From Clostridiales bacterium (GTDB lineage Bacteria; Bacillota; Clostridia; Oscillospirales; Oscillospiraceae): DNA of 64,000 nucleotides. A program made the position numbers and the translations under genes. The stretch spans positions 9,041 through 73,040 of the forward strand of contig JAJUGN010000004.1 in assembly GCA_029265975.1 (NCBI GenBank), in the 5' to 3' direction. The notes under the pieces are model-generated. The model was not told the origin of the DNA. It saw only the letters and a program-made list of their open reading frames with translations, and did no database searches. How positions within the stretch are numbered: the first letter of the stretch is position 1; each line of letters starts with the position of its first letter. Below, piece after piece: positions 11,157 to 20,471 of this stretch.

Positions 11157-11188
11157 GGAAAAAACAGCACCCTCCGTCGGGAAGGTGC
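11157..11188 (-). terminator. Intrinsic terminator forming the expression platform of the cobalamin riboswitch
   Basis: Minus strand reads GCACCTTCC-CGAC-GGAGGGTGC followed by TGTTTTTT, immediately 5' of the cbiM RBS. Confidence 0.6.
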
Positions 11189-11235
11189 GTCAATTCCGGC
11201 CTTCGATTGTTTGCCATTGAAATCGACCCTCCTTA

Positions 11236-11428
11236 TGCTTCGTAAGGTTTGAGTTTTCTCGGACGAAAGATGAGCGACATCTCCCGCCCCGGTTCCGGCT
11301 CAGTATCCTGACTAATGCTTCGTCGCGCGGGCCGCCTTCCCGGTTTCATCCAGTGGCATAATGGCCGTAGCTCGGCAAATACAGTTGCGAGACAGCACGG
11401 GATTCTCACCCGTTTCCTGTAACCGAAT
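11236..11428 (-). promoter_or_regulatory. Cobalamin (B12) riboswitch aptamer
   Basis: Minus strand reads ...GGAAACGGGTGAGAATCCCGTGCTGTCTCGCAACTGTA... and B12-box-like GCCACTGG...CCGGGAAGGC. It lies upstream of cobalt uptake genes. Confidence 0.85.
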
Positions 11429-11433
11429 CCGCA

Positions 11434-11463
11434 AATTATAATGTTTTGCAAAACATTATAATT
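11434..11463. repeat. Perfect 30-bp palindrome carrying TATAAT on both strands (operator or divergent -10 candidate)
   Basis: AATTATAATGTTTTGCAAAACATTATAATT is its own reverse complement. It lies just upstream of the riboswitch 5' end. Confidence 0.5.
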
Positions 11464-11610
11464 ATACATTAATTATTGAAAGAGTCAAGGCGTTTTTAAG
11501 TAAAAACGGCTTTCGGAGCGCCCGCGCGCCGAAATATTAAGAGCTTATGGATACCGGCTTATAAAACGGAGGCCTTTATTATGCCTAATGTACATATATG
11601 TTTTTACGGC

Positions 11611-11639
11611 TTCAAAAACCGCGGATGCCGTGATAAAAT
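11611..11639 (+). promoter_or_regulatory. Candidate sigma-A promoter of glycyl radical enzyme 1
   Basis: TTCAAA - 17 nt - TAAAAT, about 110 nt upstream of the ATG at 11750. Confidence 0.35.
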
Positions 11640-11749
11640 GTACCAAAATCGAGTGCAAACGCAATTAAAAATATATGTTTTGAATAACGCCCGCCGAAGT
11701 GTGAGGGAAGGCCTTCCGACTTCGGGAGACCAGGAAAGCGAGGAATAAC

Positions 11750-14152
11750 ATGAAAGAGATGCTTGAACGCATAGAGAGGATTAAAAAAAGAGTCGTTGTC
11801 GATCACTATCCGATCTGCATCGAGAAATTCCGCATAGCGATGGATATGATAGAGGAGACCAAAAACGACCCCGTAATTGTCCGGAGAGCGAAGATACTGA
11901 GCGCGACGCTTGAGCGGGTGCCCATAGCCATCGCGCCCGACGAGCTTATCGTCGGCATAGGCGCTTCAAAACCCATGGGGCTTGAAATCGACCCCGATTA
12001 CGGAATCTGGACTCAGGACGAGATAGATTCGCTCATCGAGGACGGCTACCAGATGGATCCGCAGGATGTGATAGATCTCCAGGAGCTTAACAAAAAATAC
12101 GATCCCCCCACGCTTATCGGGCAGATGGGAAACATCGTATATGAGAATGAACGCATAATTTCACTGCTTAAGGCGGGAATAATACTCCCGCCGTGGAAGG
12201 ATAAGCAGGAGGGCAGGGGCGTCGGCGGCGGCTACTGCCAGTCCGGCCTCGGCCTCGGGCCTTCGCTTATTCTGCTTTGCATAGACTACACAAAGATGCT
12301 GCACCTCGGCACCAACGCGATGATCAGCCAGGCCAGGGAGGAGAGGAGCAGGCTGCGCTTCGACGAGAAGGGAGCCGTCGCCAAGTTCAATTATTACAAT
12401 TCCGTGATCATGTGTCTGGAGGCCGCTAACAAGCTCGCGCTGCGCTATTCCGCCCTCGCCAGGGAAATGGCGGAAAAGGAGGCGGACCCGAAGCGCCGGG
12501 CGGAGCTTTTGCAGATAGCCGAAAACTGCGCCTGGGTGCCCATGAATCCCGCCAGAACCTTCCGGGAGGCCGTGCAGTGCTTCTGGTTCCAGTTCCTCAT
12601 GCTCAGCCCCTCTACGACGCTGCCGGGAGCGCGCTTCGACCAGTACATGTACCCTTACTACAAGGCGGACATCGAAGCCGGGCGCATAACGAGAGACGAG
12701 GCTCTGGAGCTGCTGTGCCTGCTGCGCCTTAAGGACATGGAGCTTAACCGCACCTCGGGAAAAAATAACCGCAAGAAGAACGCGGGAATGGCCAAGTGGC
12801 ACAACTTCACCATCGGAGGAGTCGACAGGCACGGCAACGACGCGACAAACGACATAACATATCTGCTGCTTGACGCGGCGGCCATAACAAAGGTGCCGCA
12901 CCACACGCTCACGCTCCGAGTACACTCCGGGACGCCGGAAAAGCTGATGCTGAGGGCTCTCGAGGTGGTCAGGATGGGCATGGGAATGCCGGCCTTTGTG
13001 GGCGACGAAAGCTACATAAAGTGCTTTACCTCCCGCGGACTGCCCGTCGAGGACGCAAGGGAGTATGTAATGACAGGATGCCTTGACGCGAACGTGCCCG
13101 GCCTTTCACGCACCGGCCCGGTGCCGATGATAACCATTCCGCTCATTTTTGACATATTCAGGCATAACGGCGTCAACGTAAAAAACGGAGAGCTCTGCGG
13201 CATACGCACGGGCGAGTTCACGGAGTTTGAAACCTACGAGGAGCTTTTTGAAGCCTTCAGGAAGCAGCTCGACTACTGTCTGCGCATCGTGGGGGAAAAG
13301 AACAACATAGAGCTTACCATCACTCAGGAGCTGCTGCCCGACCCGATACGTTCCGCCACGATGTGGCGCGGCATAGAATCCGGGGAGGACACCTTCCGCC
13401 GAACCATGCCGTTTGAAAACGGAGCGGTGCTCAATCCCATAGGCATGGTGAACGTGGGGGATTCTCTCGCGGCAATAAAGAAGCTGGTATTCGACGAGAA
13501 AAAGTACACGCTAAAGGAGCTTAACGACGCGCTTGAAGCCAACTGGGTCGGATTTGAGGATATGCAGAGGGATTTCCTAGCTGCTCCTAAGTTCGGCAAC
13601 AACGACGACTATGTGGATAAGATTGTAGCCGAATGCTATCAGATGTTCTGCGATATCGCGGCGACCATGCCGACGATACTTGGCGGCGTTCACATACCTA
13701 CGGGCATATCAATCACGTCCCATCAGCCGGGCGGAGGACTCACGGGCGCTACTCCGGACGGCCGCAAGGCGGGGGAAATACTTGCAGACGGCACGATGTC
13801 TCCGATGCACGGAATGGACGAACACGGCCCGACGGCGGTGCTGCAGAGCGCCATGAAAATAAATCAGGATCCCTTCCAGGCCACGCTGCTCAATATGAAA
13901 TTCCACCCCTCGGCGCTGAAGACCGAGGAGGATCTTATAAAGCTCGCCAGCATGATAAAGGTATATCTCACGAACGGCGGAAAGCACATACAGTTCAACG
14001 TAGTAGATAAGACAACGCTGCTGGCGGCGAAGTCCGATCCCAAGACCTACCGCGACCTCATAGTGCGCATAGCGGGATACAGCGCATATTTCGTGCAGCT
14101 GAACGAGCAGATGCAGGACGAGGTAATAGCCCGCGTCGAGCACAGGCTGTAA
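11750..14152 (+). CDS. Glycyl radical enzyme, PFL2/dehydratase-like clade, substrate unknown (paralogue 1)
   Basis: 800 aa. C-terminal glycyl radical motif LIVRIAGYSAYF. Cys loop VMTGCLDANVPG. GAGGAA RBS. Confidence 0.9.
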   Translation: MKEMLERIERIKKRVVVDHYPICIEKFRIAMDMIEETKNDPVIVRRAKILSATLERVPIAIAPDELIVGIGASKPMGLEIDPDYGIWTQDEIDSLIEDGYQMDPQDVIDLQELNKKYDPPTLIGQMGNIVYENERIISLLKAGIILPPWKDKQEGRGVGGGYCQSGLGLGPSLILLCIDYTKMLHLGTNAMISQAREERSRLRFDEKGAVAKFNYYNSVIMCLEAANKLALRYSALAREMAEKEADPKRRAELLQIAENCAWVPMNPARTFREAVQCFWFQFLMLSPSTTLPGARFDQYMYPYYKADIEAGRITRDEALELLCLLRLKDMELNRTSGKNNRKKNAGMAKWHNFTIGGVDRHGNDATNDITYLLLDAAAITKVPHHTLTLRVHSGTPEKLMLRALEVVRMGMGMPAFVGDESYIKCFTSRGLPVEDAREYVMTGCLDANVPGLSRTGPVPMITIPLIFDIFRHNGVNVKNGELCGIRTGEFTEFETYEELFEAFRKQLDYCLRIVGEKNNIELTITQELLPDPIRSATMWRGIESGEDTFRRTMPFENGAVLNPIGMVNVGDSLAAIKKLVFDEKKYTLKELNDALEANWVGFEDMQRDFLAAPKFGNNDDYVDKIVAECYQMFCDIAATMPTILGGVHIPTGISITSHQPGGGLTGATPDGRKAGEILADGTMSPMHGMDEHGPTAVLQSAMKINQDPFQATLLNMKFHPSALKTEEDLIKLASMIKVYLTNGGKHIQFNVVDKTTLLAAKSDPKTYRDLIVRIAGYSAYFVQLNEQMQDEVIARVEHRL

Positions 14153-14170
14153 CATAACCCTGAAAGGAAA

Positions 14171-14202
14171 GGGAGCTCCCGGAGAATTTTCCGGGAGCTC
14201 CC
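14171..14202. terminator. Bidirectional terminator between the two convergent GRE genes
   Basis: Perfect 12-bp stem GGGAGCTCCCGG / CCGGGAGCTCCC with an 8-nt loop. Confidence 0.8.
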
Positions 14203-14222
14203 TCTTAATACATTTTTGCGGC

Positions 14223-16613
14223 CTAGACCACGTTTGAGGTGCGCTTGATTATCTCGTCCTGGACCGGCCTTGTGAGCAGGGTGAAGTATGTGCTGTACCC
14301 GGCTACGCGGACGATAAGATCCCTGTAGTCCTGGGGCTTTTCCTGGGCGGCCATGAGAACCTTGTTGTCAACGACGTTGAACTGGATGTGCTTTCCGCCG
14401 TTTGTGAGATAAATCTTAACGAGAGAGGCAAGCTTCATAAGGTCCTCCTCGGTCTTCAGCGCCGAGGGGTGGATTTTCATGTTGAGAAGCATCGCGTTGA
14501 AGGGGTCCTGATTTATTTTCATAGCGCTTCTGAGAGAAACGGTCGGCCCGCTTGTGTCCGTTCCCTGCATCGGGGAAACCGCGCCGTCGGAGAGCGTCTC
14601 GCCTTTTTTGCGCCCGTCTGGGGTTGCGCATGTATAGGAACCGCCGGGCGCGTGGGAGGTGATGGATATGCCGGTGACTCTCGGCGGCTCGCCGTAAATG
14701 CCCCTGAAGGTGTTCGCGCTGTCGGCCCAGAACTGGTAAAGGTCGGCGGCGAGATCGTCCGCCACGTCGATGCCGTTGCCGTATTTGGGAGCCTCAAGGC
14801 AGAGCGCGCGAATATCCTCGTAGCCTTCCCAGTTTGCTTCTATGGCCTTGTAGAGGTCCTCCATGGTGAACTTTTTCTGCTCGAAGACAAGGGTCTTGAC
14901 GGCTGCCATGGAGTTGGCCACGTTTATTACGCCGACAGGGTTCAGCATTGAGGCGTTTTCGTAGGGCATTTTGCGGTCCATCATGTCACGGCCGGACTTT
15001 ATTCCGTCATATGTAAACGCGGAATGGACGACGTCGTTCTGCAGCGCCCTCGTGCAGCGGCAGAGTATGTTGTGCTCCTCGTTGTACATGCTCATAAAAT
15101 GGTAAAGCTGCTTTTTGAACGCCGCGTAGAAATCCTCAAAGGTCTTGAAATCCTTCATTTCGCCGGTCGCAGGGCCTATCTGCTCGCCAGTGGCCGTATT
15201 CACGCCGTTGTGCATCGTGATATCCAGCACTCTCGGCACTATGAACATGCCGAGCGCGTTTATGCGGGACTTTCCGGGCAGGTTGAGGTCAAGGCAGCCG
15301 GCAAGGGCGTAATCGCGCGCCTCCTCGAGAGGAACCCCCTGACCGACAAGCCCGCTTATATAGCTCTCGTCGGAGACGAAGGCGGGCATTCCAATACCGG
15401 TTCTGACCAGCTCCATGGCCTTTTTCATGAGCTCGTCGGGAGTGTCTTTGTTCACGCGGACCGTGATCGTGTACTGGGGCGTTCTGACTTCGTTAGCCGC
15501 CTCGATTATGAGATAGGAAAGCTCGTTCGTGGCGTCCTTGCCGTTCCTGTCGACGCCGCCGATAAGGAAGTTGTGCCATCTCGCCATGCCGGCCCACTTG
15601 TCTCGCTGCTGCTTGCCGCCGTTTACAAAATTGAACTGCATGATCTTGATGCGAAGGCATTCTATGAGCTCCAAAGCCTCGTCGCGCGTAAGCTCGCCGC
15701 TCTCGATGTCTTTTTTGTAATATGGGTACATTATCTGGTCGAAGCGCCCGCCGGGGGTGACTCCGTGAGCTATCATCATCCAGTAGAACCAGAAGGCCTG
15801 CATCGCGTCCCGGAAATTGCGCGCCGGGTGCTCGGCTATCCAATGGCAGCTGTCAGCCATGCGCAGGAGCTCGGCCTTGCGGCGCTGGTCTGAAGTGGAC
15901 TTTGCCTTTTCCATGCAGACGTCGCCGTAACGGTGGTACATGCGGACCATTGCGCCGAGGGCTATTATAACGGCCTGCAGGTACTGGGATTTGTCGAAGG
16001 ATTCGCTGTCGGTGTAACGAAGGTTCCTGAGCTCCTCCTCCGCGTCGTCGAGGGTCGCCTTGACTCCGTATGAGATTATCCTGGCATAGTCCGGAACAAA
16101 GAAGCTGAGTCCTATGCCCATGCCCCAGCCGAAGCCGGCTCCGCCGCCGCCGCGGCCCTTCTGCTTATCCGTCCAGGGCGGGCAGAGCACGCCGGACCTG
16201 ATGAAGGGCCACAAGCGCGCGTCGTCGTAAAAAGTGCCCTGCCATTCATAAAACTGGCGGCCCTTTCCCGCCCAGAAGGAGTCGAGCTCGCGCAAAGCCT
16301 TCCGGTCCTCCGGGTCGATGGTGAAGTTGCCCTGCAAAAGGCCGTCCAAATCCTCGTCGTCCCAGAAGGGGCCCCAGCAGGAGGCCTCCATTCCCATGGG
16401 TTTTGAAGCGACGTTCCCCACGATCAGCTCGTCTTCGTCCACATAAATGGTTCTCTTGTCAAGGTAGTTTGCGGTTTCGTAGGCTCTCTGAAGTATGCTC
16501 GGAAGCCCCTCGTGAGCGCTCCATGCCTCAATGACAAGCTTCGCTTTCTCCGCGCATATGGGATACTTATCCACATTCAGCGCCGCCAACATTCGTTTGA
16601 TCCTGTCGGTCAT
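14223..16613 (-). CDS. Glycyl radical enzyme, PFL2/dehydratase-like clade, substrate unknown (paralogue 2)
   Basis: About 796 aa. LIVRVAGYSTYF glycyl motif. Cys loop ALAGCLDLNLPG. Colinear similarity to 11750-14152. The RBS context GAAAGCGAGGAATA is shared with paralogue 1. Confidence 0.9.
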   Translation of the reverse strand: MTDRIKRMLAALNVDKYPICAEKAKLVIEAWSAHEGLPSILQRAYETANYLDKRTIYVDEDELIVGNVASKPMGMEASCWGPFWDDEDLDGLLQGNFTIDPEDRKALRELDSFWAGKGRQFYEWQGTFYDDARLWPFIRSGVLCPPWTDKQKGRGGGGAGFGWGMGIGLSFFVPDYARIISYGVKATLDDAEEELRNLRYTDSESFDKSQYLQAVIIALGAMVRMYHRYGDVCMEKAKSTSDQRRKAELLRMADSCHWIAEHPARNFRDAMQAFWFYWMMIAHGVTPGGRFDQIMYPYYKKDIESGELTRDEALELIECLRIKIMQFNFVNGGKQQRDKWAGMARWHNFLIGGVDRNGKDATNELSYLIIEAANEVRTPQYTITVRVNKDTPDELMKKAMELVRTGIGMPAFVSDESYISGLVGQGVPLEEARDYALAGCLDLNLPGKSRINALGMFIVPRVLDITMHNGVNTATGEQIGPATGEMKDFKTFEDFYAAFKKQLYHFMSMYNEEHNILCRCTRALQNDVVHSAFTYDGIKSGRDMMDRKMPYENASMLNPVGVINVANSMAAVKTLVFEQKKFTMEDLYKAIEANWEGYEDIRALCLEAPKYGNGIDVADDLAADLYQFWADSANTFRGIYGEPPRVTGISITSHAPGGSYTCATPDGRKKGETLSDGAVSPMQGTDTSGPTVSLRSAMKINQDPFNAMLLNMKIHPSALKTEEDLMKLASLVKIYLTNGGKHIQFNVVDNKVLMAAQEKPQDYRDLIVRVAGYSTYFTLLTRPVQDEIIKRTSNVV

Positions 16614-16695
16614 CGTATATTCCTCGCTTTCTGTTCCGTGTTTTTCAAAATACAACAAGTCTGAACTCAGGTGCGTATTGGTCTTTTTCAGCTAA

Positions 16696-16723
16696 AGTAT
16701 ATCATTCCGAGGCCCGTTTTCAA
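16696..16723 (-). promoter_or_regulatory. Candidate promoter of glycyl radical enzyme 2
   Basis: Minus strand reads TTGAAA - 16 nt - TATACT, downstream of the terminator that follows the PrpD-like gene. Confidence 0.35.
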
Positions 16724-16893
16724 GGCGTTGGGGCGTAGGGGAAGCAAGTGTATGCAAAGCTGGCTATGCAGGCTTAAAAATAGCGGCACGATGCACAAAA
16801 TACCTGAAAAACGAGATTTTGCTGAATAAGGGCAGCAATAATCGCGTAAGGATAACTTCGAGTCAGAATTCGAGGCGTTTTTCGGCAAATAAT

Positions 16894-16939
16894 AAACCCC
16901 GCTCCGAGGGATTGTTCCGAAAGGCCGAAGGCGGGGTTT
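16894..16939 (-). terminator. Intrinsic terminator after MmgE/PrpD-family gene
   Basis: Minus strand reads AAACCCCGC ... GCGGGGTTT followed by ATTATTT. Confidence 0.55.
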
Positions 16940-16959
16940 GGCGCTGCCGTATTAAGGCG

Positions 16960-18339
16960 TCAGAGCAGCTCCGCGAGCTGAGAAATGTTCTCAAGCTTTT
17001 CAAGATTTTTCACGGCAAGCTCAAGCCTATTAAGTTCGTCCGCGCTTCTGGGGTAAAGCGCGCCGGCGGCGCAGGCGCGCATTTTGGCTGCCATGCCCTC
17101 GGCATTCATAGGGTTTTCCGGTGTGCCGTAAGGCGATGAAACCATTTTGCTGAAAACTCCGCGCTCCGTAAATATTGTCGTTTCGGCCCATGTCTCCCTG
17201 CCCCTGCCCCAGTCCTCGCATATCTCGTGCGTAAACTTTTTGGTCAGGTCAAGGATGCGCGGGTCGGCATATTTTTCGGCGGAAAAGCTCGAGAGCGTTA
17301 CGTCGCCGTTTATTATGGCCTCCGCGACGGTAAACGGTATGCTGAACTTCGCTATTATGGAGGCAGTGGGAGACTTTCTGATTTCCTCGGGCTCAAGCAG
17401 TATGCGGTTGAGCTGCGCCGCCTTTACATGAATGCGGGTGATTTCTTCAGGCGCGATTTTATGCTCTTTTACGAGCTGCAGAGCGGCGTCTATGCAGGAA
17501 TGCGTTCCGAAGCAGCTCGGCCATGCCTTGAAGGTGAGCTTCTCGCACTCAAAGTCCCTGCCGAGACCTTCAAGCACGCGCGACTTTGTGTATTCTCCCC
17601 GCAGATATGCTTGATAGAAGCCGTTTTTGCCCTCCAGAGGCTCCGCAAAGCCCTTCAGCCCGCGCTTCGCCATATAGCAGGACAAAATCGCCGACTTCGA
17701 GGTGAAGCTCTCACGGACCGAGCGCACTACGGTGTCGGAGTTGTTCAGCAGCTCCGAGCTGCAGGTCGCCTGGCACAGATTAAAGGAAAAGGCGTTCACC
17801 GTTTCCTCCGGGGACAGGTCGAGCAGCCTGGATACCGCGGCGACGGCGCCGAACGAGGAGTAGATGGTGGGGATATAAAAACCGTAGGAGGTCGTGTTTA
17901 TATCGGCGCCCATGGCTATGCGGCAGGCGGTCTCGCTTCCCACCACCAGGGCCGTCAAAAATTTCTTTCCGCCGATATTTCCGAGCTTTTCGGCCACCGC
18001 AAGCGCCGCCGGGAAGGAGGAGGAGTTTGAATGTATGGTGCTCCTGCTGTGCGTGTCCCCGAAGTCGAGCGAATGAGCCATGGAGCCGTTGGCGAAGGCG
18101 GCCCAGGGCGCGGGAAGCTTTTTTCTGAAGCCTATAACCGTCGCCTCCGGCCTGCCGCCTGCCGACAGCTCCTCGGCGAGCTCAACCATTTCCCGGCAGC
18201 CGTCGCCGAGCGTCGCCGCGCCGAGCGTTATCGCGATCGCGTCCATGACGGATTTTTTCTGCGTTTCGATCACAGATGCGGGGATATCCTCAAACTGGGT
18301 TTTAGAGACAAATTCGGCCAGCTGATAAGACAGTCCCAT
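16960..18339 (-). CDS. MmgE/PrpD-family protein (2-methylcitrate dehydratase-like fold; function unknown)
   Basis: 459 aa. N-terminus LAEFVSKTQFEDIPASVIETQKKSVMDAIAITLGA is typical of MmgE/PrpD. Confidence 0.85.
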   Translation of the reverse strand: MGLSYQLAEFVSKTQFEDIPASVIETQKKSVMDAIAITLGAATLGDGCREMVELAEELSAGGRPEATVIGFRKKLPAPWAAFANGSMAHSLDFGDTHSRSTIHSNSSSFPAALAVAEKLGNIGGKKFLTALVVGSETACRIAMGADINTTSYGFYIPTIYSSFGAVAAVSRLLDLSPEETVNAFSFNLCQATCSSELLNNSDTVVRSVRESFTSKSAILSCYMAKRGLKGFAEPLEGKNGFYQAYLRGEYTKSRVLEGLGRDFECEKLTFKAWPSCFGTHSCIDAALQLVKEHKIAPEEITRIHVKAAQLNRILLEPEEIRKSPTASIIAKFSIPFTVAEAIINGDVTLSSFSAEKYADPRILDLTKKFTHEICEDWGRGRETWAETTIFTERGVFSKMVSSPYGTPENPMNAEGMAAKMRACAAGALYPRSADELNRLELAVKNLEKLENISQLAELL

Positions 18340-18442
18340 TCCGGTGTTCCTCCTTTGATTATGATAATAACGGCTTAAGAGCCTGCGCGGTTTCCCGGCC
18401 GGGCGATTATAGAATGCCGGCTCGGAAGATCCGAAAAAGCGC

Positions 18443-20452
18443 CTATACCTTGAAGCAGGCGGCCTGATGCCCGTTGCCGTAGTCCGAAAGCGGCGGGGCG
18501 GAGCGCCTGCACCGCTCGTCGGCGTGGGGGCAGCGGGGATGGAATACGCAGCCGTCGGGACGGTTTATAAGGCTGGGGACCTCGCCCTCGATGCGGGTTC
18601 TCACGCGCTCCTTTTCGACAATCGGGTCGGGGATGGGTATGGCCGACAGCAGGGCCTTCGTATATGGATGAAGAGGCTTTTCGTAAAGCTCGTTCCAGGG
18701 GGAGATCTCCACCACCCTGCCGAGATACATTACCACTATTCTGTCGCTTATATGGCGCACGACGGAAAGGTCGTGCGCGATGAACAGATACGTGAGCCCG
18801 CGCTTTGCCTGAAGGTCTATCAGGAGGTTTATTATCTGGGCCTGGATCGACACGTCGAGCGCGGATATTGGTTCGTCGCAGATGACGAAGCTCGGTTCGG
18901 ACGAAAGGGCGCTCGCTATGCTGAGGCGCTGCCTCTGGCCGCCAGAAAACTCATGGGGGACCCTGTTCTTAAGAGCGGGATCAAGCCCTACGGCCATAAA
19001 AAGCTCATCAACTTTCCGCGAATACTCCTCCGGCGTTTTTGCAAGCCTGTGGGCCTTTATCGCCTCGCCCACTATGCTTCCCGCGCTCTGGCGCGGGTCG
19101 AGAGAGCCGAAAGGGTCCTGGAAAATAAACTGGACCTCTCGGCGGACGTCCTTAAGCCTGCGCTCCGGAAGCTTTGAAATATCCCTTCCGTTGAAGATTA
19201 TGCTGCCGCCGGTTACGTCGTAAAGGCGGAGTATCGTTTTCGCGAGAGTGGTTTTGCCGCAGCCGGATTCCCCTACCAGACCGAGGGTTTCGCCCCTGTA
19301 TATCTCGAAGCTCACGTCGTCGAGCGCTTTAACGTCAGCTATCTTCCTGCGGGTTACGCCTTTGAAGACCGGAAAGTATTTCTTTACGTTTTTCAGCTCA
19401 AGAATCTTCTCGGAAGAGATTCTTTTAGTTAAAACGCTTTCGGCGGCATCGGGCCGCCTATTTTTCAGCTCCTCGGGCCTGAACCAGCAGGCGGAGGCGT
19501 GAGCAGGGGAATATTCGATATAGGGAGGCATGGAGTCCTCGGAGCACTTTTCGGCTGCGAAGGGGCAGCGTTCCCAAAAGGGGCAGCGCCCGCTTTTTTT
19601 CGCGGGATTGGGCGGCAAGCCGTCTATTGCGACAAGACGCCTTGACTTGTCGCTGTCAAGCCTGGGTATCGCTTTGAGGAGGCCCATGGTATAAGGGTGG
19701 CTCGTTTCGCGGAATATTTCCTCGCTGGTGCCCCGCTCGACGATATTGCCGGCATACATGACGTATACGCGCTGGGCGTACCTCGCGACTATGCTTAGGT
19801 TGTGGGTGATTATAATAAGAGCTGTGTTTGTTTTTTTGACTATCTCCCGCAGAAGCTCCAGTATCTGCTCCTGGGTGGTGACATCAAGCGCGGTTGTGGC
19901 CTCGTCGGCGATGAGTATCTTTGGGCTGCTGGCCATAGCCATCGCTATCATTATTCGCTGGCGCATTCCGCCGGAAAACTGCGTCGGATAATAGTTTATC
20001 CGGCTTTCACCGTCCGGAATGCCCACAAGGCGGAGAAGCTCTATCGCGCGCTCTCGCGCCCTGGCCCTGGAATAGCCGAGGTGCAGCATTACGCTCTCCT
20101 CTATTTGCTGCCCCACTGTAAGCACGGGGTTAAGCGAGGTCATTGGCTCCTGAAATACCATGGATATACCGCCGCCGCGGACCTTTCGTATCTCGCTGCT
20201 TTTAGTGTCATAAGAGAGGATGTTTTCGCCCTGAAATATTGCTTCGCCGCCGGCGATTTCGCCGGGCGGCATTTCTATAAGCTTCAAAACGCTCATCATG
20301 GTCACGGATTTTCCGCTGCCGGACTCTCCGACTATGCCGATTATTTCGCCCTCGTCCACATAAAGGCTCGCATCGTCGACAGCGCGCATAACGCCTTCTC
20401 GCATGCGGAAAAGGGTCTTAAGATGCCTTATTTCCAATAAATGCTCGGACAT
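18443..20452 (-). CDS. Fused double ATPase of a peptide/opine-type (Dpp/Opp-like) ABC importer
   Basis: Two ABC cassettes (GESGSGKS...LSGGMRQR...; GESGCGKTT...FSGGQRQR) with C-terminal oligopeptide-type Cys motifs. Confidence 0.9.
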   Translation of the reverse strand: MSEHLLEIRHLKTLFRMREGVMRAVDDASLYVDEGEIIGIVGESGSGKSVTMMSVLKLIEMPPGEIAGGEAIFQGENILSYDTKSSEIRKVRGGGISMVFQEPMTSLNPVLTVGQQIEESVMLHLGYSRARARERAIELLRLVGIPDGESRINYYPTQFSGGMRQRIMIAMAMASSPKILIADEATTALDVTTQEQILELLREIVKKTNTALIIITHNLSIVARYAQRVYVMYAGNIVERGTSEEIFRETSHPYTMGLLKAIPRLDSDKSRRLVAIDGLPPNPAKKSGRCPFWERCPFAAEKCSEDSMPPYIEYSPAHASACWFRPEELKNRRPDAAESVLTKRISSEKILELKNVKKYFPVFKGVTRRKIADVKALDDVSFEIYRGETLGLVGESGCGKTTLAKTILRLYDVTGGSIIFNGRDISKLPERRLKDVRREVQFIFQDPFGSLDPRQSAGSIVGEAIKAHRLAKTPEEYSRKVDELFMAVGLDPALKNRVPHEFSGGQRQRLSIASALSSEPSFVICDEPISALDVSIQAQIINLLIDLQAKRGLTYLFIAHDLSVVRHISDRIVVMYLGRVVEISPWNELYEKPLHPYTKALLSAIPIPDPIVEKERVRTRIEGEVPSLINRPDGCVFHPRCPHADERCRRSAPPLSDYGNGHQAACFKV

Positions 20453-20471
20453 TTTATGCTCCTTTCCGCCG

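Noticed and set aside
12161-15893. Long antisense ORFs inside both GRE genes (12161-12925 minus, 15024-15893 plus)
   Set aside because: They lie opposite strongly supported GRE reading frames. Their composition is Arg/Gly/His-rich with no start context.
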